Virus record (IMG/VR): IMGVR_UViG_3300022935_000010
Coordinates: 43,116 to 107,115 of that record
DNA from: a virus
Direction: 5' to 3' (one strand)
DNA length: 64,000 bases
Under the pieces are notes generated by a model, which ran no database searches, was not told where the DNA came from, and saw nothing but the letters and a program-made list of their open reading frames with translations. The stretch's first letter is position 1. Each line of letters begins with the position of its first letter. A program made the translations under genes and the position numbers. This document shows positions 37,434-49,090 of this stretch, piece by piece.

Positions 37434-39203
37434 ATGGCTAACAATATTTTTAGAAAAAATAACATCCTTATCAAAGGGCTTCTTGGGGATTCCTTTGAAT
37501 TTCTACAAAGGACCTATAATCAGACAAGGAACGTCTTTACTGTATCCTCTGCCTGGGGACAGATACTTTTTGTTCTTGAAAACCTTTCCCAACTTATTCT
37601 TTACTTCATAGAGGATTCTATCACTGAACTTAACATGCAAGAGGCAACTAGAAGTTATTCTATAAAAAGTTTGGCCAGAATTGCAGGATATGATCCAGTA
37701 AGGGGTATGTCTGCACAAGGGGAAGCATCTGTAGCCTGGAACTTGAGAGAAGATGATGCAGGCGGCGGCGCTGTCATACTAAGTAACAACCCAAAGATAC
37801 AAAGTATCCAAAATGGTCTTCCATATACAATTGTATTGAATTCACCTTCTGTAAAGATACCTTTAACAAGAGGAAAAAAGTACAATTTTAAGATAGTCCA
37901 AGGTTCCTTTTCTACCTCCACGTTTACTGGAACTGGACTTTCATTGCAGAGCTTCAATCTTCCATCTAAAGCTGGTGCATACATTGATCAGTTTTATGTG
38001 GATGTATATGTTAACGGTAACAAATGGGAAAGATATGAATCCTTATATGACATACCATTAAATGGAGAGGGCTACTTAGTAAAGAGTGGAATTGGTGAAG
38101 GTATAGACATATATTTTGGAAATAATAATTTTGGTAAAATACCACAATCTGGGAGTATCATAACTGTAGAGTATTTGCAAACCTCGGGGTTCAGTGGTAA
38201 TCTACAATCAAGATCTGATACAAACCTTACTTATAGATTCCTTGATAGTGGCACGGATCTTTTTGGTAATGACGTAAATCTTAATAACTACCTTACAGTA
38301 ACGGGATTGCTTGATCCAAGCTTTGGTGCAGATCCAGAACCCATAGAACTGACAAGATTAGTTGCTCCTAAAACAAGTAGGTCTTATGTTTTTGCTAATT
38401 CTGAGAATTATGAGATTTATTTGCAAAAGCTAAATATATTCTCACAAATACAGGCTTTCTCAACTTTTGATGATGAATACCTGGATGACGACAATGTTGT
38501 TTACATTTTCTTAGTCCCAGATGTAACTATTTCTCTTACCTCAAACCAAGACTACTTTGATATACCTCAGAGTCAGTTTTTGCTTACACAGTCTCAAAAG
38601 CTTTCTTTACTTAATTTGATAGAAGATTCTGGTAGAATGATAGCAACTACTGTTGTTAAAATATTAGATTCTGAGATAAAAAGGTTTGTTGGAAATGTGT
38701 CTATGTCTATTTTCGAAGGATATGATCCTGAGATTCTTAAGGATATTATCAGGGAAAGAATATCAGAATACATGCTTAATCTTAAAAGGAGGGATAGGAT
38801 ACCAAAGTCTGATATAATTGCTATTATAGAAGGCGTCGAAGGTGTAGATTCAGTTTCTTTCTTCTTTGTAGGTGAGGACAATGAAAGATATCATGAAACT
38901 GTGGATAATCTATCGAACGCATCTAATGCACAGCTTGAAAGACAAATTGGGATGGATGAGTATGGTGATATAATTATAGGAAGGGGTGAACTTGTTCTTC
39001 TTCGAGGTGGATGGTCTGATAGATATGGAACTACTTATGAAGAGGGAATTGTTACTGGTAAGCCCTCCGCATTAAATATTTCAATTTCGAGCATTAACCC
39101 AAGAAACTTCTTGAATGAATTAAATGCTAAAGCCAAAGCAAATCTCGTAAATGCTGATAGAAATTCGCTTAGTAATACGAGATCAATGAGATCAACGCTA
39201 TGA
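37434..39203 (+). CDS. baseplate wedge protein (T4 gp6/baseplate J-like)
   Basis: SIKSLARIAGYDP, IYFGNNNFGKIP, ITVEYL.TSG..GN, GADPE. Confidence 0.85.
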   Translation: MANNIFRKNNILIKGLLGDSFEFLQRTYNQTRNVFTVSSAWGQILFVLENLSQLILYFIEDSITELNMQEATRSYSIKSLARIAGYDPVRGMSAQGEASVAWNLREDDAGGGAVILSNNPKIQSIQNGLPYTIVLNSPSVKIPLTRGKKYNFKIVQGSFSTSTFTGTGLSLQSFNLPSKAGAYIDQFYVDVYVNGNKWERYESLYDIPLNGEGYLVKSGIGEGIDIYFGNNNFGKIPQSGSIITVEYLQTSGFSGNLQSRSDTNLTYRFLDSGTDLFGNDVNLNNYLTVTGLLDPSFGADPEPIELTRLVAPKTSRSYVFANSENYEIYLQKLNIFSQIQAFSTFDDEYLDDDNVVYIFLVPDVTISLTSNQDYFDIPQSQFLLTQSQKLSLLNLIEDSGRMIATTVVKILDSEIKRFVGNVSMSIFEGYDPEILKDIIRERISEYMLNLKRRDRIPKSDIIAIIEGVEGVDSVSFFFVGEDNERYHETVDNLSNASNAQLERQIGMDEYGDIIIGRGELVLLRGGWSDRYGTTYEEGIVTGKPSALNISISSINPRNFLNELNAKAKANLVNADRNSLSNTRSMRSTL

Positions 39204-39730
39204 GAAACCGTAACTATACACCGTACCTACCCCCAGTAGAGACTAGTTATACAGTAAGAGGATTTAAGTTTAGAACTTATACTACTGACTTTGAAACCTC
39301 TGATGATCTCTATAAAAGCATTTCAGATGCTGAAGAAAGAGCATATAATATAGGATGCTCTGGCTATAGAAAAGTTACAACGGATGCTTTAGGTACACAG
39401 CTTTATGGACCTTGTTCGGACCTTAATACATATGTAAATATTACAAAAGATATTAAACCGAAAGCAATGGAAAGGAGATATTATGAATTTGATCCAACCG
39501 AAAATATCTATGATGTAAGGGCTTCGATAAATGATGATGTGAAAGAGGGATTTGATTATAAAAACCAAATTTTTGAAAAAACACTATCTAACGTGCTGTT
39601 TAGAGACCCACAAAAGATAGCAATCCTGAATAATATGCAAAGGGTAGTTTTTGCACTTATTGAGTCTGTTAAGCAGATAAGGAATTTTTTCAACTACACA
39701 GTACCTTTCAATAATAAAAGAGTATTCTAA
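39200..39730 (+). CDS. hypothetical baseplate-region protein
   Basis: ATGA overlap with the gp6-like gene. Confidence 0.65.
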   Translation: MRNRNYTPYLPPVETSYTVRGFKFRTYTTDFETSDDLYKSISDAEERAYNIGCSGYRKVTTDALGTQLYGPCSDLNTYVNITKDIKPKAMERRYYEFDPTENIYDVRASINDDVKEGFDYKNQIFEKTLSNVLFRDPQKIAILNNMQRVVFALIESVKQIRNFFNYTVPFNNKRVF

Positions 39731-39732
39731 AA

Positions 39733-42700
39733 ATGGCTGATAGGCATTTAAGATTTTATAATAAACAGGGAAATCCTTTAAATTTTGAGTATGTTGGAGC
39801 TACAGCTTCAACTCCCTTAACTTACACTTTCAATTACGAGACCTCTTCTGGAAATACAACACCCGCTGCTGGTAAGGTTTCTTTGATATCTTTATCTAGT
39901 AATGTGATCTATTTGAACAGTGTTGATCTTAACGGTTTTAACATTAGCCAATGGGCAGAAACAGTAAATACCAAAACCCAGCAGGGCGGAAAAATAAGTT
40001 TAAAGCTTAATATACAACCTGCTAATGTAATTGTTGCTGCTATATCTTCAGCTTCGGTTGCTTCTGGGATTGTTACACTAAACCTAAGTTCGTTTACTGG
40101 ACCCTCCGCAATATCGAATGGGAATATTGCTTATTGTGAAACCTTGTCGCAGGACCTTCCTGGCGGTTATTTTAAGGGAAGTATATTCTTTGAACCCGTT
40201 TCTGCTGGTCTGTACGAGAATGAGCAGATTTTTGTTTTGCAAGAGTTTAAGGATTCTTCGAGTGGATTAAACTTTATAGGGTTTCCACATACTGGTGCTA
40301 CGGGAGCTACCGGATCACCCTTATGGAGATCGAGATGGGAAAATGATTCCTATGGTGATGTAGATGTTTCTAATGTTATCTTCACGTATAAGATAACTGA
40401 GAATGATCCCGAACTTGGGGGTGATCCTACTATAACAAACTACCAAAATATAGTTTTTCCGGTAGTTCAAAATGCTTCTGATCTCTATTCAAACGGTTAT
40501 GTTTCTACTCCAGAAGCAGCAACACCTTCAAGGTCTCTTCAGATAAACATCGCAATTAATGCCCCTGAGCAGGGAGCAGAGGTATACGAGAGAAAGCTTA
40601 TAGTAGAAGATATTACTTCAGGATCCCCCTCTAAGGTTGCTGAAATAGAATTCTATGGACAGGTGGTTGGTTCTGACGAAAGACTTGACGTACTTACAAG
40701 AAATCTTGGTAGAGCATTTTTGGCTGAAGATTCAACTATTCTTAGAAATCACGATCCAGATGAACCACTTCCTGATTACATTGAGATAAATGAGAAAAGA
40801 AAGGAATTGATGGTAGCTGGGGAAGAGATCTTCCCCTACATAGGAAGTTATAAGGGATTAATAGGTGCTCTTAAATTCTTTGGTTACCAAGACCTGAGGA
40901 TAAAGGAATATTGGCTTAATTTAAATTACCAAAGAGTAAATCTTACACCTCTCCAGGAAAATAAAATATTCTTAGACAATTACAACAATACCAAGACGCC
41001 AAACCAAACGGTTTTGATTGCTGACGTCCTTGATAATGAAAATAGTGGTAAGTACAGGCTAGAGCAAACATATGGACCTAACTCGGATGGTGAATATGTA
41101 CTTGATGTCTCGTCTGAAAATACACTTGTTCCTTCAAGGACTTATAAGAAGACCTCTTTATTTGGTCTCTATTATGACATCAATACTACTTCCTCCCAAG
41201 AGGATCCTTATGGATATCCTGTCACCCCAGAATCCTTTACCTTTACTCAAGAGGAAGTCCTTGTTAAACTTTTTGCACTTAAGGAAAGACTTAAGCAAAG
41301 TTATCTTCCACTCAATGCCAGGATAATTGATATAACTGGTGAGGGTGTTTATTATAATGTTTATAACACAAAAGCTTGGTCCGATACTTTAGAAAGAGAT
41401 GAGATTGACTCCGGTAACAATATTAATTTTATAACTAATCCAGATTTTGGGTTTATAGAAGATCTTAGAGCATTTGGTATAAGAACTGACGCTAAGTCTA
41501 TCCAATCCCCTATGAACTATAATAATGTGGTTGATATAGATGTGCAAGTTATAGGGCCTTCTGGAGATGCTTTTAGGTTCTCCACAACAAATACATTAAA
41601 CCCGACACTCTCAATACAAAGGGGAAGGGAATATAATTTCAATCTTGTTACAAGCGGATTTGATCTTTACTTTACTACTGATGCTTCTTTAGCTCAGGTA
41701 GATCCTGTTGGAATTTCAAATAATGGTTCAACCGGCGGTGTTGTTAGAATAGGTGTTAATCCTAGTGCAACTGGCCCATATTATTACTACTCCTCCGTTA
41801 ATCCTTCTAAGATGAATGGAACCGTAACAATTACGGATTCTCCGGTTTCCGATTTTGGTAATGTAGTTAAACCGCTTCATAATAACCAAAGATATACCGC
41901 AAGTCAAAATGCAAGCCTTTTAACTGCTATTTCTAATTTTTACACCAAGAAAATGAATGGTGAGATTAGAAACCTTGGCGATAACATTTCGACATCATTC
42001 CCTATTGAAGATTGCGGGGTTGATATAGGAATGCCTGTGGTGCTTGAATTTATTCCTGACACCTGGGATTGGGATGAAATGGGCATGTCTTGGGACTCTT
42101 TAGAACTTCCTTCTTTTACTTTGAGTGATAGTAGGTCACTTACTTGGAGAACAATAGATTTCTCAGCTTACAACGAGATAGAATGGGTTATAAACAAGTC
42201 CCAAAACCAGGTTGGTTCTGGTTATAATTTTTCATATAGGGGCTATGCAGTTGATTTTTATAAGTTAGCTCACTTTTTACCATATACCGGCGAGTATGAC
42301 GTTACCTGTTATCTGTATGATGCTTTTAACTTTAAAAATAGGAAAATTGTTAAATCCTCCATCACAGTATCCCCCAGGACAACATTATTGGATGGGTGGA
42401 CAAGATATAGGGAGAATGAGAAATATTCTTGGGATTTAACCATTAGAGATTGGGATAGCTATGACTCCATGTGGGAATATCCAGCAGAGGGTAAAACCTA
42501 TGATGAAACTAAAAAAGAAATTCCAGAGGCAATATTAGATTTCGCTGTTTATGGTAATAATGCAATAGACGGACAGATATTTAAGGTTGGAAAAAATGTA
42601 CCTGCTATAGGTGCTTCGGGGAATATCCGACTAAATCAGAACATACTAAGTGTTTCGAGGATTTATTCTACTTTGATATCTGGTAGTCAATATGGCTTTG

Positions 42701-43764
42701 CTAATGTGTTTACTACACAACCTCATAATTTTGTAGAAGGATCTGAGGTGTTTATAACTGGTAGTATTGACGACTTGAATAAATCTTGGAAAGTGTCTAT
42801 CCCATCTGGGGCCACTGGATATTCTTTCCAAATTCCCTATATCTTGAGTAATCAAGCGGGTGTAGGTGCTACGTCTGGTCCTTCCTCGATTGCTGGGGGT
42901 ACTGGATATTATGTACTTCCCGATTCATATCCAGCACAAAAGGTAACTGGTGGTGGATCTATTAGTGTTTCCATAAATGGTAGAGTAATAGGTGCAACAT
43001 CTTCGGGTTCTAATTTGCAATCTACAGCTAACTCGATTATTAAGGAGATAAACTCAGTTGTTACACAACCCGACTATTTTGCCCAGACTTTTGATCCTAC
43101 AGAGAATCCAGTAAATGTGAATCTAGTTGCTGATACTGAAAGTGGCAATATTGGAAATGGTGATAAAATAACTGTTGCCCTAACTGGATCTTTAATTCTG
43201 GCTTCTGCAGATAGTGAACTTTCTGGTGGTGCTACTGGAGGATTTAGATATGTCGATTGGGATGCTTCTTCCGGAACAAATCCGGTTGAGAATTTAAAAT
43301 ACTTCGGTACTAAAAACCTTAAGTGGCAAACTTTTACCAATGCTTCTTGGGATAATGCTTATGCACATTCTTGGGATGATTTTGAATATGAAAACGGATG
43401 GCTTGGTGGATATGAAATCCACAGTTCAAAGCCTGGAGATAACGTAAAGGCAAGTGTTGGCAATGAGACATTACCTTTCCCAATTGGTGTAACCTTTACT
43501 GCTAGCTCTGGTACTGGTGCTTCTGCAAGTTTAACTCTTGGATCAGCGGCAAGTCAATTAAATGCTTCTAATGATCCTAACATTACTAATTTTTACTATA
43601 GAGTAATTCCAGAGACATCAACTGCTACATTAACTACTGCAGGACCGACTTCGGTGTCTATTTATCCATTTGCTGCTACTGGAGGAACGGGGGCTGTTCC
43701 AGCATCAGTTCCTGGTGCACCACCGCCTTTGTTAGTATCCTTCACGGTAGCAACAGGACCATAA
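39733..43764 (+). CDS. large baseplate wedge/structural protein (gp7-like position)
   Basis: IGSYKGLIGALKFFGY...IKEYW motif; Trp-periodic segments; many G-x-T-G motifs. Confidence 0.6.
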   Translation: MADRHLRFYNKQGNPLNFEYVGATASTPLTYTFNYETSSGNTTPAAGKVSLISLSSNVIYLNSVDLNGFNISQWAETVNTKTQQGGKISLKLNIQPANVIVAAISSASVASGIVTLNLSSFTGPSAISNGNIAYCETLSQDLPGGYFKGSIFFEPVSAGLYENEQIFVLQEFKDSSSGLNFIGFPHTGATGATGSPLWRSRWENDSYGDVDVSNVIFTYKITENDPELGGDPTITNYQNIVFPVVQNASDLYSNGYVSTPEAATPSRSLQINIAINAPEQGAEVYERKLIVEDITSGSPSKVAEIEFYGQVVGSDERLDVLTRNLGRAFLAEDSTILRNHDPDEPLPDYIEINEKRKELMVAGEEIFPYIGSYKGLIGALKFFGYQDLRIKEYWLNLNYQRVNLTPLQENKIFLDNYNNTKTPNQTVLIADVLDNENSGKYRLEQTYGPNSDGEYVLDVSSENTLVPSRTYKKTSLFGLYYDINTTSSQEDPYGYPVTPESFTFTQEEVLVKLFALKERLKQSYLPLNARIIDITGEGVYYNVYNTKAWSDTLERDEIDSGNNINFITNPDFGFIEDLRAFGIRTDAKSIQSPMNYNNVVDIDVQVIGPSGDAFRFSTTNTLNPTLSIQRGREYNFNLVTSGFDLYFTTDASLAQVDPVGISNNGSTGGVVRIGVNPSATGPYYYYSSVNPSKMNGTVTITDSPVSDFGNVVKPLHNNQRYTASQNASLLTAISNFYTKKMNGEIRNLGDNISTSFPIEDCGVDIGMPVVLEFIPDTWDWDEMGMSWDSLELPSFTLSDSRSLTWRTIDFSAYNEIEWVINKSQNQVGSGYNFSYRGYAVDFYKLAHFLPYTGEYDVTCYLYDAFNFKNRKIVKSSITVSPRTTLLDGWTRYRENEKYSWDLTIRDWDSYDSMWEYPAEGKTYDETKKEIPEAILDFAVYGNNAIDGQIFKVGKNVPAIGASGNIRLNQNILSVSRIYSTLISGSQYGFANVFTTQPHNFVEGSEVFITGSIDDLNKSWKVSIPSGATGYSFQIPYILSNQAGVGATSGPSSIAGGTGYYVLPDSYPAQKVTGGGSISVSINGRVIGATSSGSNLQSTANSIIKEINSVVTQPDYFAQTFDPTENPVNVNLVADTESGNIGNGDKITVALTGSLILASADSELSGGATGGFRYVDWDASSGTNPVENLKYFGTKNLKWQTFTNASWDNAYAHSWDDFEYENGWLGGYEIHSSKPGDNVKASVGNETLPFPIGVTFTASSGTGASASLTLGSAASQLNASNDPNITNFYYRVIPETSTATLTTAGPTSVSIYPFAATGGTGAVPASVPGAPPPLLVSFTVATGP

Positions 43765-43777
43765 AATACAGAAAAGA

Positions 43778-45400
43778 ATGGCTTCAAATATTCAAATATA
43801 CGAGACACAATCAGTTATCTATACGGATACAACCTCTGGTGGATTTCCTCCGTATTCTAGAAGATGGAACTTCACAGGTGGAAATATTTCAAGTGCTACT
43901 GGTGCCACTGCTTTGGTTAGATATAACAACCCCGGTACATATACCGCAACATTAACTGTAACTGATTTTAATAACATAACAGCATCTTTTTCTTCAACTA
44001 ATGGTATAGAGGTATTAGCATCTTCTGTTTCTGCATCGTTTACAGTTAATCCGACTTTGATCCTGATGGATCAGTCTACACAGTTTACCGACACTTCAAC
44101 AGGTGCACCTGAGGATCCAACTTCTTTTCAATGGGACGTTGGTGGATCATCATATTCTACATCACAAAATCCAACACTTAGCTATGATAATTGGCAGAAC
44201 GTACCGGGAGCAGCTCTTAGTGCACTTCCTGGTGCCACTGTAAGTGTTACTGTTGAATTAACTGCTACTAGCTCTTTTGGTAGTGATTCAGCATCTTCTT
44301 CCGTAAGTGTAAAAAAGCTGGGGCAAACAACAGTCAACACTATAAACAAGAGTTCTGGAGGACTTTCTTATTACCCGGAGGTTTCTATTATATCAACTGG
44401 AGTTAGAGCTTCTGCTTTTGGATATCCAACTAGCTCTGAAATTTTTGAGCTAGATTATTCGTCCGCTAAAGTCCAGGTTGTAGATGGATTCCATTCTACC
44501 CAAGAAGAAGCTTACATATTGATGACTGGTCTTGGTGGAATTCCATCTTTTGTAACAGAGGGGGTTGCTCGAGTTAATGGATATCTAGTAATTGAGGATG
44601 CGCTTTATGGTTTGGGTGTTCCTGAAATTTCAGTTGGAAAATACATATGGGACCGTGTTAACTCTGGAGGCCCAGTTACGTCACTTTACTTTGCAGACGA
44701 TGGATCAACAGGAAATTTAACAGATCTTATTACCACTACTGGTTATAGCACAACATTGGTTGCTTCGATAATGGATAATCTATATCCTCAACTCAACTCT
44801 ACCCAAAGTGATTATTGGAGTCCTGCTTTCCCGCTCACCACTGTGAGCATAACAGGAAAAAATCCGGTTATTTATGCTACCCAATATTTCACTAATAGGT
44901 CCATTACCGGAGTCAACTACGAGGTCTATATTGATATAAATGGTGGAAGTACAAGGATTACATGTGCGTTCAACGCTAATTCGGGTCAGGGTAACGAAAG
45001 TGGTGGTAATTTTGAATACTATGTAATGCAGGATGTTGCTGGTAATAGTGGTGCTGCAACTCAGCTTAATGCCGCCATTACTGCAACTCTTGGGAGCACG
45101 AGTGATATCGAGTTTACTGCTGTTCAGGACTTTAATATTAATTCCAGTGGAACCCCAGCTAGTTATTATGGGTTAAAAATGGAGGTAAAGAATACTTCAA
45201 TTGAATCGGTGGTGTTAGGGGATAACTCTACAACATTAAATGCCACATATAGTCTTAACTTAGCCCCATTCACATACCAATATAGTAGCGGGTCAGCAGG
45301 AATTATTTCTTGTTCTGGAATGCCACCACAATTAAACCTAGGATTTGACGACTATTTTACAACAGGAAAATCCATAAATTATGGTGGTTCTATATTCTAA
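43778..45400 (+). CDS. PKD/Ig-like domain virion protein
   Basis: Two PKD-like units (W.F.GG...YNNPGTYTATLTV; FTDTSTG..PTSFQWD...STSQNP). Confidence 0.75.
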   Translation: MASNIQIYETQSVIYTDTTSGGFPPYSRRWNFTGGNISSATGATALVRYNNPGTYTATLTVTDFNNITASFSSTNGIEVLASSVSASFTVNPTLILMDQSTQFTDTSTGAPEDPTSFQWDVGGSSYSTSQNPTLSYDNWQNVPGAALSALPGATVSVTVELTATSSFGSDSASSSVSVKKLGQTTVNTINKSSGGLSYYPEVSIISTGVRASAFGYPTSSEIFELDYSSAKVQVVDGFHSTQEEAYILMTGLGGIPSFVTEGVARVNGYLVIEDALYGLGVPEISVGKYIWDRVNSGGPVTSLYFADDGSTGNLTDLITTTGYSTTLVASIMDNLYPQLNSTQSDYWSPAFPLTTVSITGKNPVIYATQYFTNRSITGVNYEVYIDINGGSTRITCAFNANSGQGNESGGNFEYYVMQDVAGNSGAATQLNAAITATLGSTSDIEFTAVQDFNINSSGTPASYYGLKMEVKNTSIESVVLGDNSTTLNATYSLNLAPFTYQYSSGSAGIISCSGMPPQLNLGFDDYFTTGKSINYGGSIF

Positions 45401-45406
45401 AATTTT

Positions 45407-45414
45407 GATAAATA
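45407..45414 (+). promoter_or_regulatory. late-promoter-like motif GATAAATA
   Basis: Intergenic but only 7 nt from the ATG. Confidence 0.4.
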
Positions 45415-45421
45415 CTAAATA

Positions 45422-48400
45422 ATGCCAACAACCTTTTTCTATATCAATACAGCAGCACTTGACTCCTTTGGGGATGTTTGGTGTGTGGGTCGTGACCTAA
45501 CCAAGTATGACGGCGAAAGCTGGGACTATTACAATTATCAGAATTCTGTGGTTCCTAGCAACTCACCATATTTTCTAGACACAAGGTCAATTTCAATTGA
45601 TAATGAGAACAGCAAGTGGGTTGGATGTGCAGTAACTGCTTCACTTTCACAGGACCTTGTTTTTGTTGCGAAAGGTAGCCAAGCAGCAACTGGTACAAGC
45701 TGGAATCTAAGCCAGTTTGGTGATTATTCTTTGCAATCACCTAACTGGGAAGTACCAACAATTTACGCAAGTCCTTATTCTGAGGAGGTCATTGCATTTA
45801 TATCTCCTCTCAATGGTGGTGCAGGGACAGGGGGAACCGGAAATACAGGTGTTACTGGAGGTTACCTTTGGAGATATGATAAAGTGGCAGAAGAATGGAG
45901 TGAGGTTTCTCCTGGATATACTTGGCCCCACATTTATGAAATCACTGCAAAAGGTGATAACGGAGATTACTTTGAATATTATTTGAGTACTAATGATGGA
46001 TTACAAACTATACCACAGGGTAATTTGGATCCTATTACTTTGGATAATGGTGAGCTTGCAATAAAGCAGATGAACAAATTTAATTCGCTTACATCTGGAA
46101 TAGGTGGTGACACGGTTTATAGTGTTTCCTTTGATGAAGATGGTAATTATTGGGCAGGTACCGAAAATGGTATTACCTACTGGGATGGCAAGAAATTCTA
46201 TAACTGGAATGTTGCTGGAGCAGATGGTGTAACTAAGGTGGTAGCCAGGAAAAATGGACATGTATTCTTTAGGATAGGAAATCCATTTGATCAGCCCTCA
46301 ACTTCTAATGGATTCTATCATTTTAATGGTAGCACATTTACTCATCTAACATCTTCAAACACAAATCTTCCGGATAATAGAGTTATCCAGCTGATGAAAG
46401 TTGAAGAGAAATCAAATGCTGGCTCGCTTAAAATTTACGAGGACGATCTTTGGATCGTGGCTGGAAATAATATTTGTTTGTTTGATTACACGATGCCACA
46501 TATTTACGGTACATCTAAATACACAGGTACAACAGGTTGGAATTTCGTTTATTATACCCATACAACGGAAGGCGGGACTACAGATACTGCTAGATTACCA
46601 AAAGCAGACAAATATACATGGAAGTATCCAACGTGGAGAGGATATGATAACGAATACCTCAAGAACCAACATCCCGGTTTGGACCCAAGGAATTTATTTC
46701 TAGAAACAGATTTCAAGGATATTGCAAGTGGAGTTGCTGGAAGACAACCGTATTGGAACGATGGAGTTATTCCAGAATACGATCAAGTCGAATTAGCCAA
46801 ACTTATTCCTGATGCTGAGTGGTTAATAGATACCACGTCATTTACTGTCACCTCAACTTCAAGGTACAAGCATTACAATATTGTAACGGGTTATTCCTCA
46901 GAGTCATCAATTAACTTTGGGGGGAAAAATAACCTTGAGCCCAATTATACTGTAAGTAATCCAAATCCTACAAACTTTGCTGGCGGAACTGGTGATTTAG
47001 GATTTGTTGCTCTCTATACGGATGGTGGACAAGTGAAGAGTGTAATTCCGTTCAGAGGATTTGGTACAAGAGTTTATAGTGCTGTCCCAGCGGTAGACAA
47101 TTCTTCGATCTTTGTTCTTGGTACGTTCAAGAAATTTATTGAGGCAAGGGAACTGGTTTACTCTAGTAAATATCCAGGTGCATCTGCTATGACTGTAACT
47201 GGCATAACCGGACCAACTGGTGGTCCTGTTGGATTCTCAAACATTGCTACTCCTGGTTTAACTGCATCTGCGTCTTCAGAATACGGATGGATCTTAAATG
47301 GAGCAACTGGGGCAACTTCTGGGATATTTTTGCCAGAAACCTCTATATTAAGCGATACTGAAGCAATATTCATTGCTGAGGTCGAGGCTGATCTTGGGAA
47401 CAAGGTTAGTTACGGTGACATGGATTTTTCCTCTGATACCTCTCCTTTAAATCAATTCTCGTTGAAGAACTTTAGATATTTCCCTGGTGCAAGTGGTAGT
47501 TTTGATCCATCAGGTGTAATAGATGCTAATTTTTCTCCGCCTTCGGAAATAGTCAATTTAGCCCTTTCAATATCTAACAATTCAGTAAGAGTAACATCTA
47601 ATTATATCGGTGGAATATCAACTCTAAAAGATGGATGGTTAGATCTAAGTGATTTACCGAATTCATCCCCCTTTGTTTTTTCAAGTAAGGACGGCGGAAC
47701 CTACGATAGGAGTGGTAGTGTGATAGACCTAGATTCAGGTCTTTCTCTTAGAAATGCTTATGGTGTAGGATTGACTGGTAATTCAACTTCCAGTCTGGAT
47801 GGAATTTCATCTCTTGAAAACTCTTTGACTTATTTGCTCTTTGGTACTTCGACAAGGGATGTTATTTCTAGAGGGATAACTTTCACACACCCAAACCCCG
47901 GGTATTCTTATCCATTTTTTATTCTGAATGATTTTAATCACTCACCTTTAACTGGAGCTTTTGTTAAAAATTCAGGGGGTACTGGATCTGGATATACTTC
48001 TTGGTATAATACAATATCTGGGTATAAGTCTGGTAATCAGTATTATTTGAATTCCCTTTATACTGATTCACCAACACTTTCTCCAGCTTCTCCTTCTGGA
48101 GTACTTTCTGACATAGGAACGTCAGGCGGAGCTAATATGCTTACAATATCTCTTAAGCCTGGTGGTACTTACATGATGTTATCTTCTTCTGAAGTTCTCC
48201 CTGAAAGTTATGGAAGTCCTTATCTATCATCAATTAGTGACCAAAGCGATGCATTGCCTGACGGTGATCAGTACACGGCAATATATTATCCACAGACTGC
48301 TGGAGTGACTGGCGGAGGTCATAATATAATAAAGAGAAATGTTACTGGGACAAGTATAGATTCGTTCTCAACTTTTGGACAAGGAAATACTGGGGACCAG

Positions 48401-49090
48401 AGCAGATTAAGGATGTATGTTGGCCATCGTATGGATTTATTTGTAGCTGGGTCTAGTGCTGGAGTAACAGGGCCTCCTGGATTACCATACAGTTCTGCTA
48501 CTGGATCCTTCGTTTCGTTCTTAGAAAGCTATAAACCAGGTATTGGAAAGGATATGGGTAACATTATTTCTAGAGCTGGTTCTGGGGCTTGGACTTGGGT
48601 AGATGTTCACAATTCAAATTCAGACCTTTTTGTACCTATGTTATCAACTGTTTTCTTAAGTAATTATGATTCTAAGATTTTTGGTAAGAATAGTAATAGA
48701 TGGAAATTAACCAATGCACTTACCAACGAAGTACTGCTTGACATAAAAGACATACCTTATTTCATATACACATTTGCACAATCTGGATATTTTTCGATAC
48801 AAAATATTGTTGAGGATTGTGAAGGTAACGTTTATGAAATATCAAAGCCAGCTTTTGTAAAAGTTGTCGACCAAACGGTTCCTGTACCTTCGGATCCAAA
48901 TCCAGATTATGTAAATTCTGCTGATTATGGTTACAGAAAACAAACTAACTATAACAACACACAGGAATACGAGGATCTAAGCAAAGATCTAAGTGAGGAA
49001 CAAAAAAAGATCATGCTAGAAAACATGATCCAGTTTGGATCTTCCCTAATTATCAGGGATAATCCTGATGCAACTTTTGATCAATTCTAA
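45422..49090 (+). CDS. beta-propeller-containing virion protein
   Basis: Reg_prop-like blades (VYSVSFDEDGNYWAGTENGI, NTNLPDNRV, ISIDNENSKWVG). Confidence 0.65.
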   Translation: MPTTFFYINTAALDSFGDVWCVGRDLTKYDGESWDYYNYQNSVVPSNSPYFLDTRSISIDNENSKWVGCAVTASLSQDLVFVAKGSQAATGTSWNLSQFGDYSLQSPNWEVPTIYASPYSEEVIAFISPLNGGAGTGGTGNTGVTGGYLWRYDKVAEEWSEVSPGYTWPHIYEITAKGDNGDYFEYYLSTNDGLQTIPQGNLDPITLDNGELAIKQMNKFNSLTSGIGGDTVYSVSFDEDGNYWAGTENGITYWDGKKFYNWNVAGADGVTKVVARKNGHVFFRIGNPFDQPSTSNGFYHFNGSTFTHLTSSNTNLPDNRVIQLMKVEEKSNAGSLKIYEDDLWIVAGNNICLFDYTMPHIYGTSKYTGTTGWNFVYYTHTTEGGTTDTARLPKADKYTWKYPTWRGYDNEYLKNQHPGLDPRNLFLETDFKDIASGVAGRQPYWNDGVIPEYDQVELAKLIPDAEWLIDTTSFTVTSTSRYKHYNIVTGYSSESSINFGGKNNLEPNYTVSNPNPTNFAGGTGDLGFVALYTDGGQVKSVIPFRGFGTRVYSAVPAVDNSSIFVLGTFKKFIEARELVYSSKYPGASAMTVTGITGPTGGPVGFSNIATPGLTASASSEYGWILNGATGATSGIFLPETSILSDTEAIFIAEVEADLGNKVSYGDMDFSSDTSPLNQFSLKNFRYFPGASGSFDPSGVIDANFSPPSEIVNLALSISNNSVRVTSNYIGGISTLKDGWLDLSDLPNSSPFVFSSKDGGTYDRSGSVIDLDSGLSLRNAYGVGLTGNSTSSLDGISSLENSLTYLLFGTSTRDVISRGITFTHPNPGYSYPFFILNDFNHSPLTGAFVKNSGGTGSGYTSWYNTISGYKSGNQYYLNSLYTDSPTLSPASPSGVLSDIGTSGGANMLTISLKPGGTYMMLSSSEVLPESYGSPYLSSISDQSDALPDGDQYTAIYYPQTAGVTGGGHNIIKRNVTGTSIDSFSTFGQGNTGDQSRLRMYVGHRMDLFVAGSSAGVTGPPGLPYSSATGSFVSFLESYKPGIGKDMGNIISRAGSGAWTWVDVHNSNSDLFVPMLSTVFLSNYDSKIFGKNSNRWKLTNALTNEVLLDIKDIPYFIYTFAQSGYFSIQNIVEDCEGNVYEISKPAFVKVVDQTVPVPSDPNPDYVNSADYGYRKQTNYNNTQEYEDLSKDLSEEQKKIMLENMIQFGSSLIIRDNPDATFDQF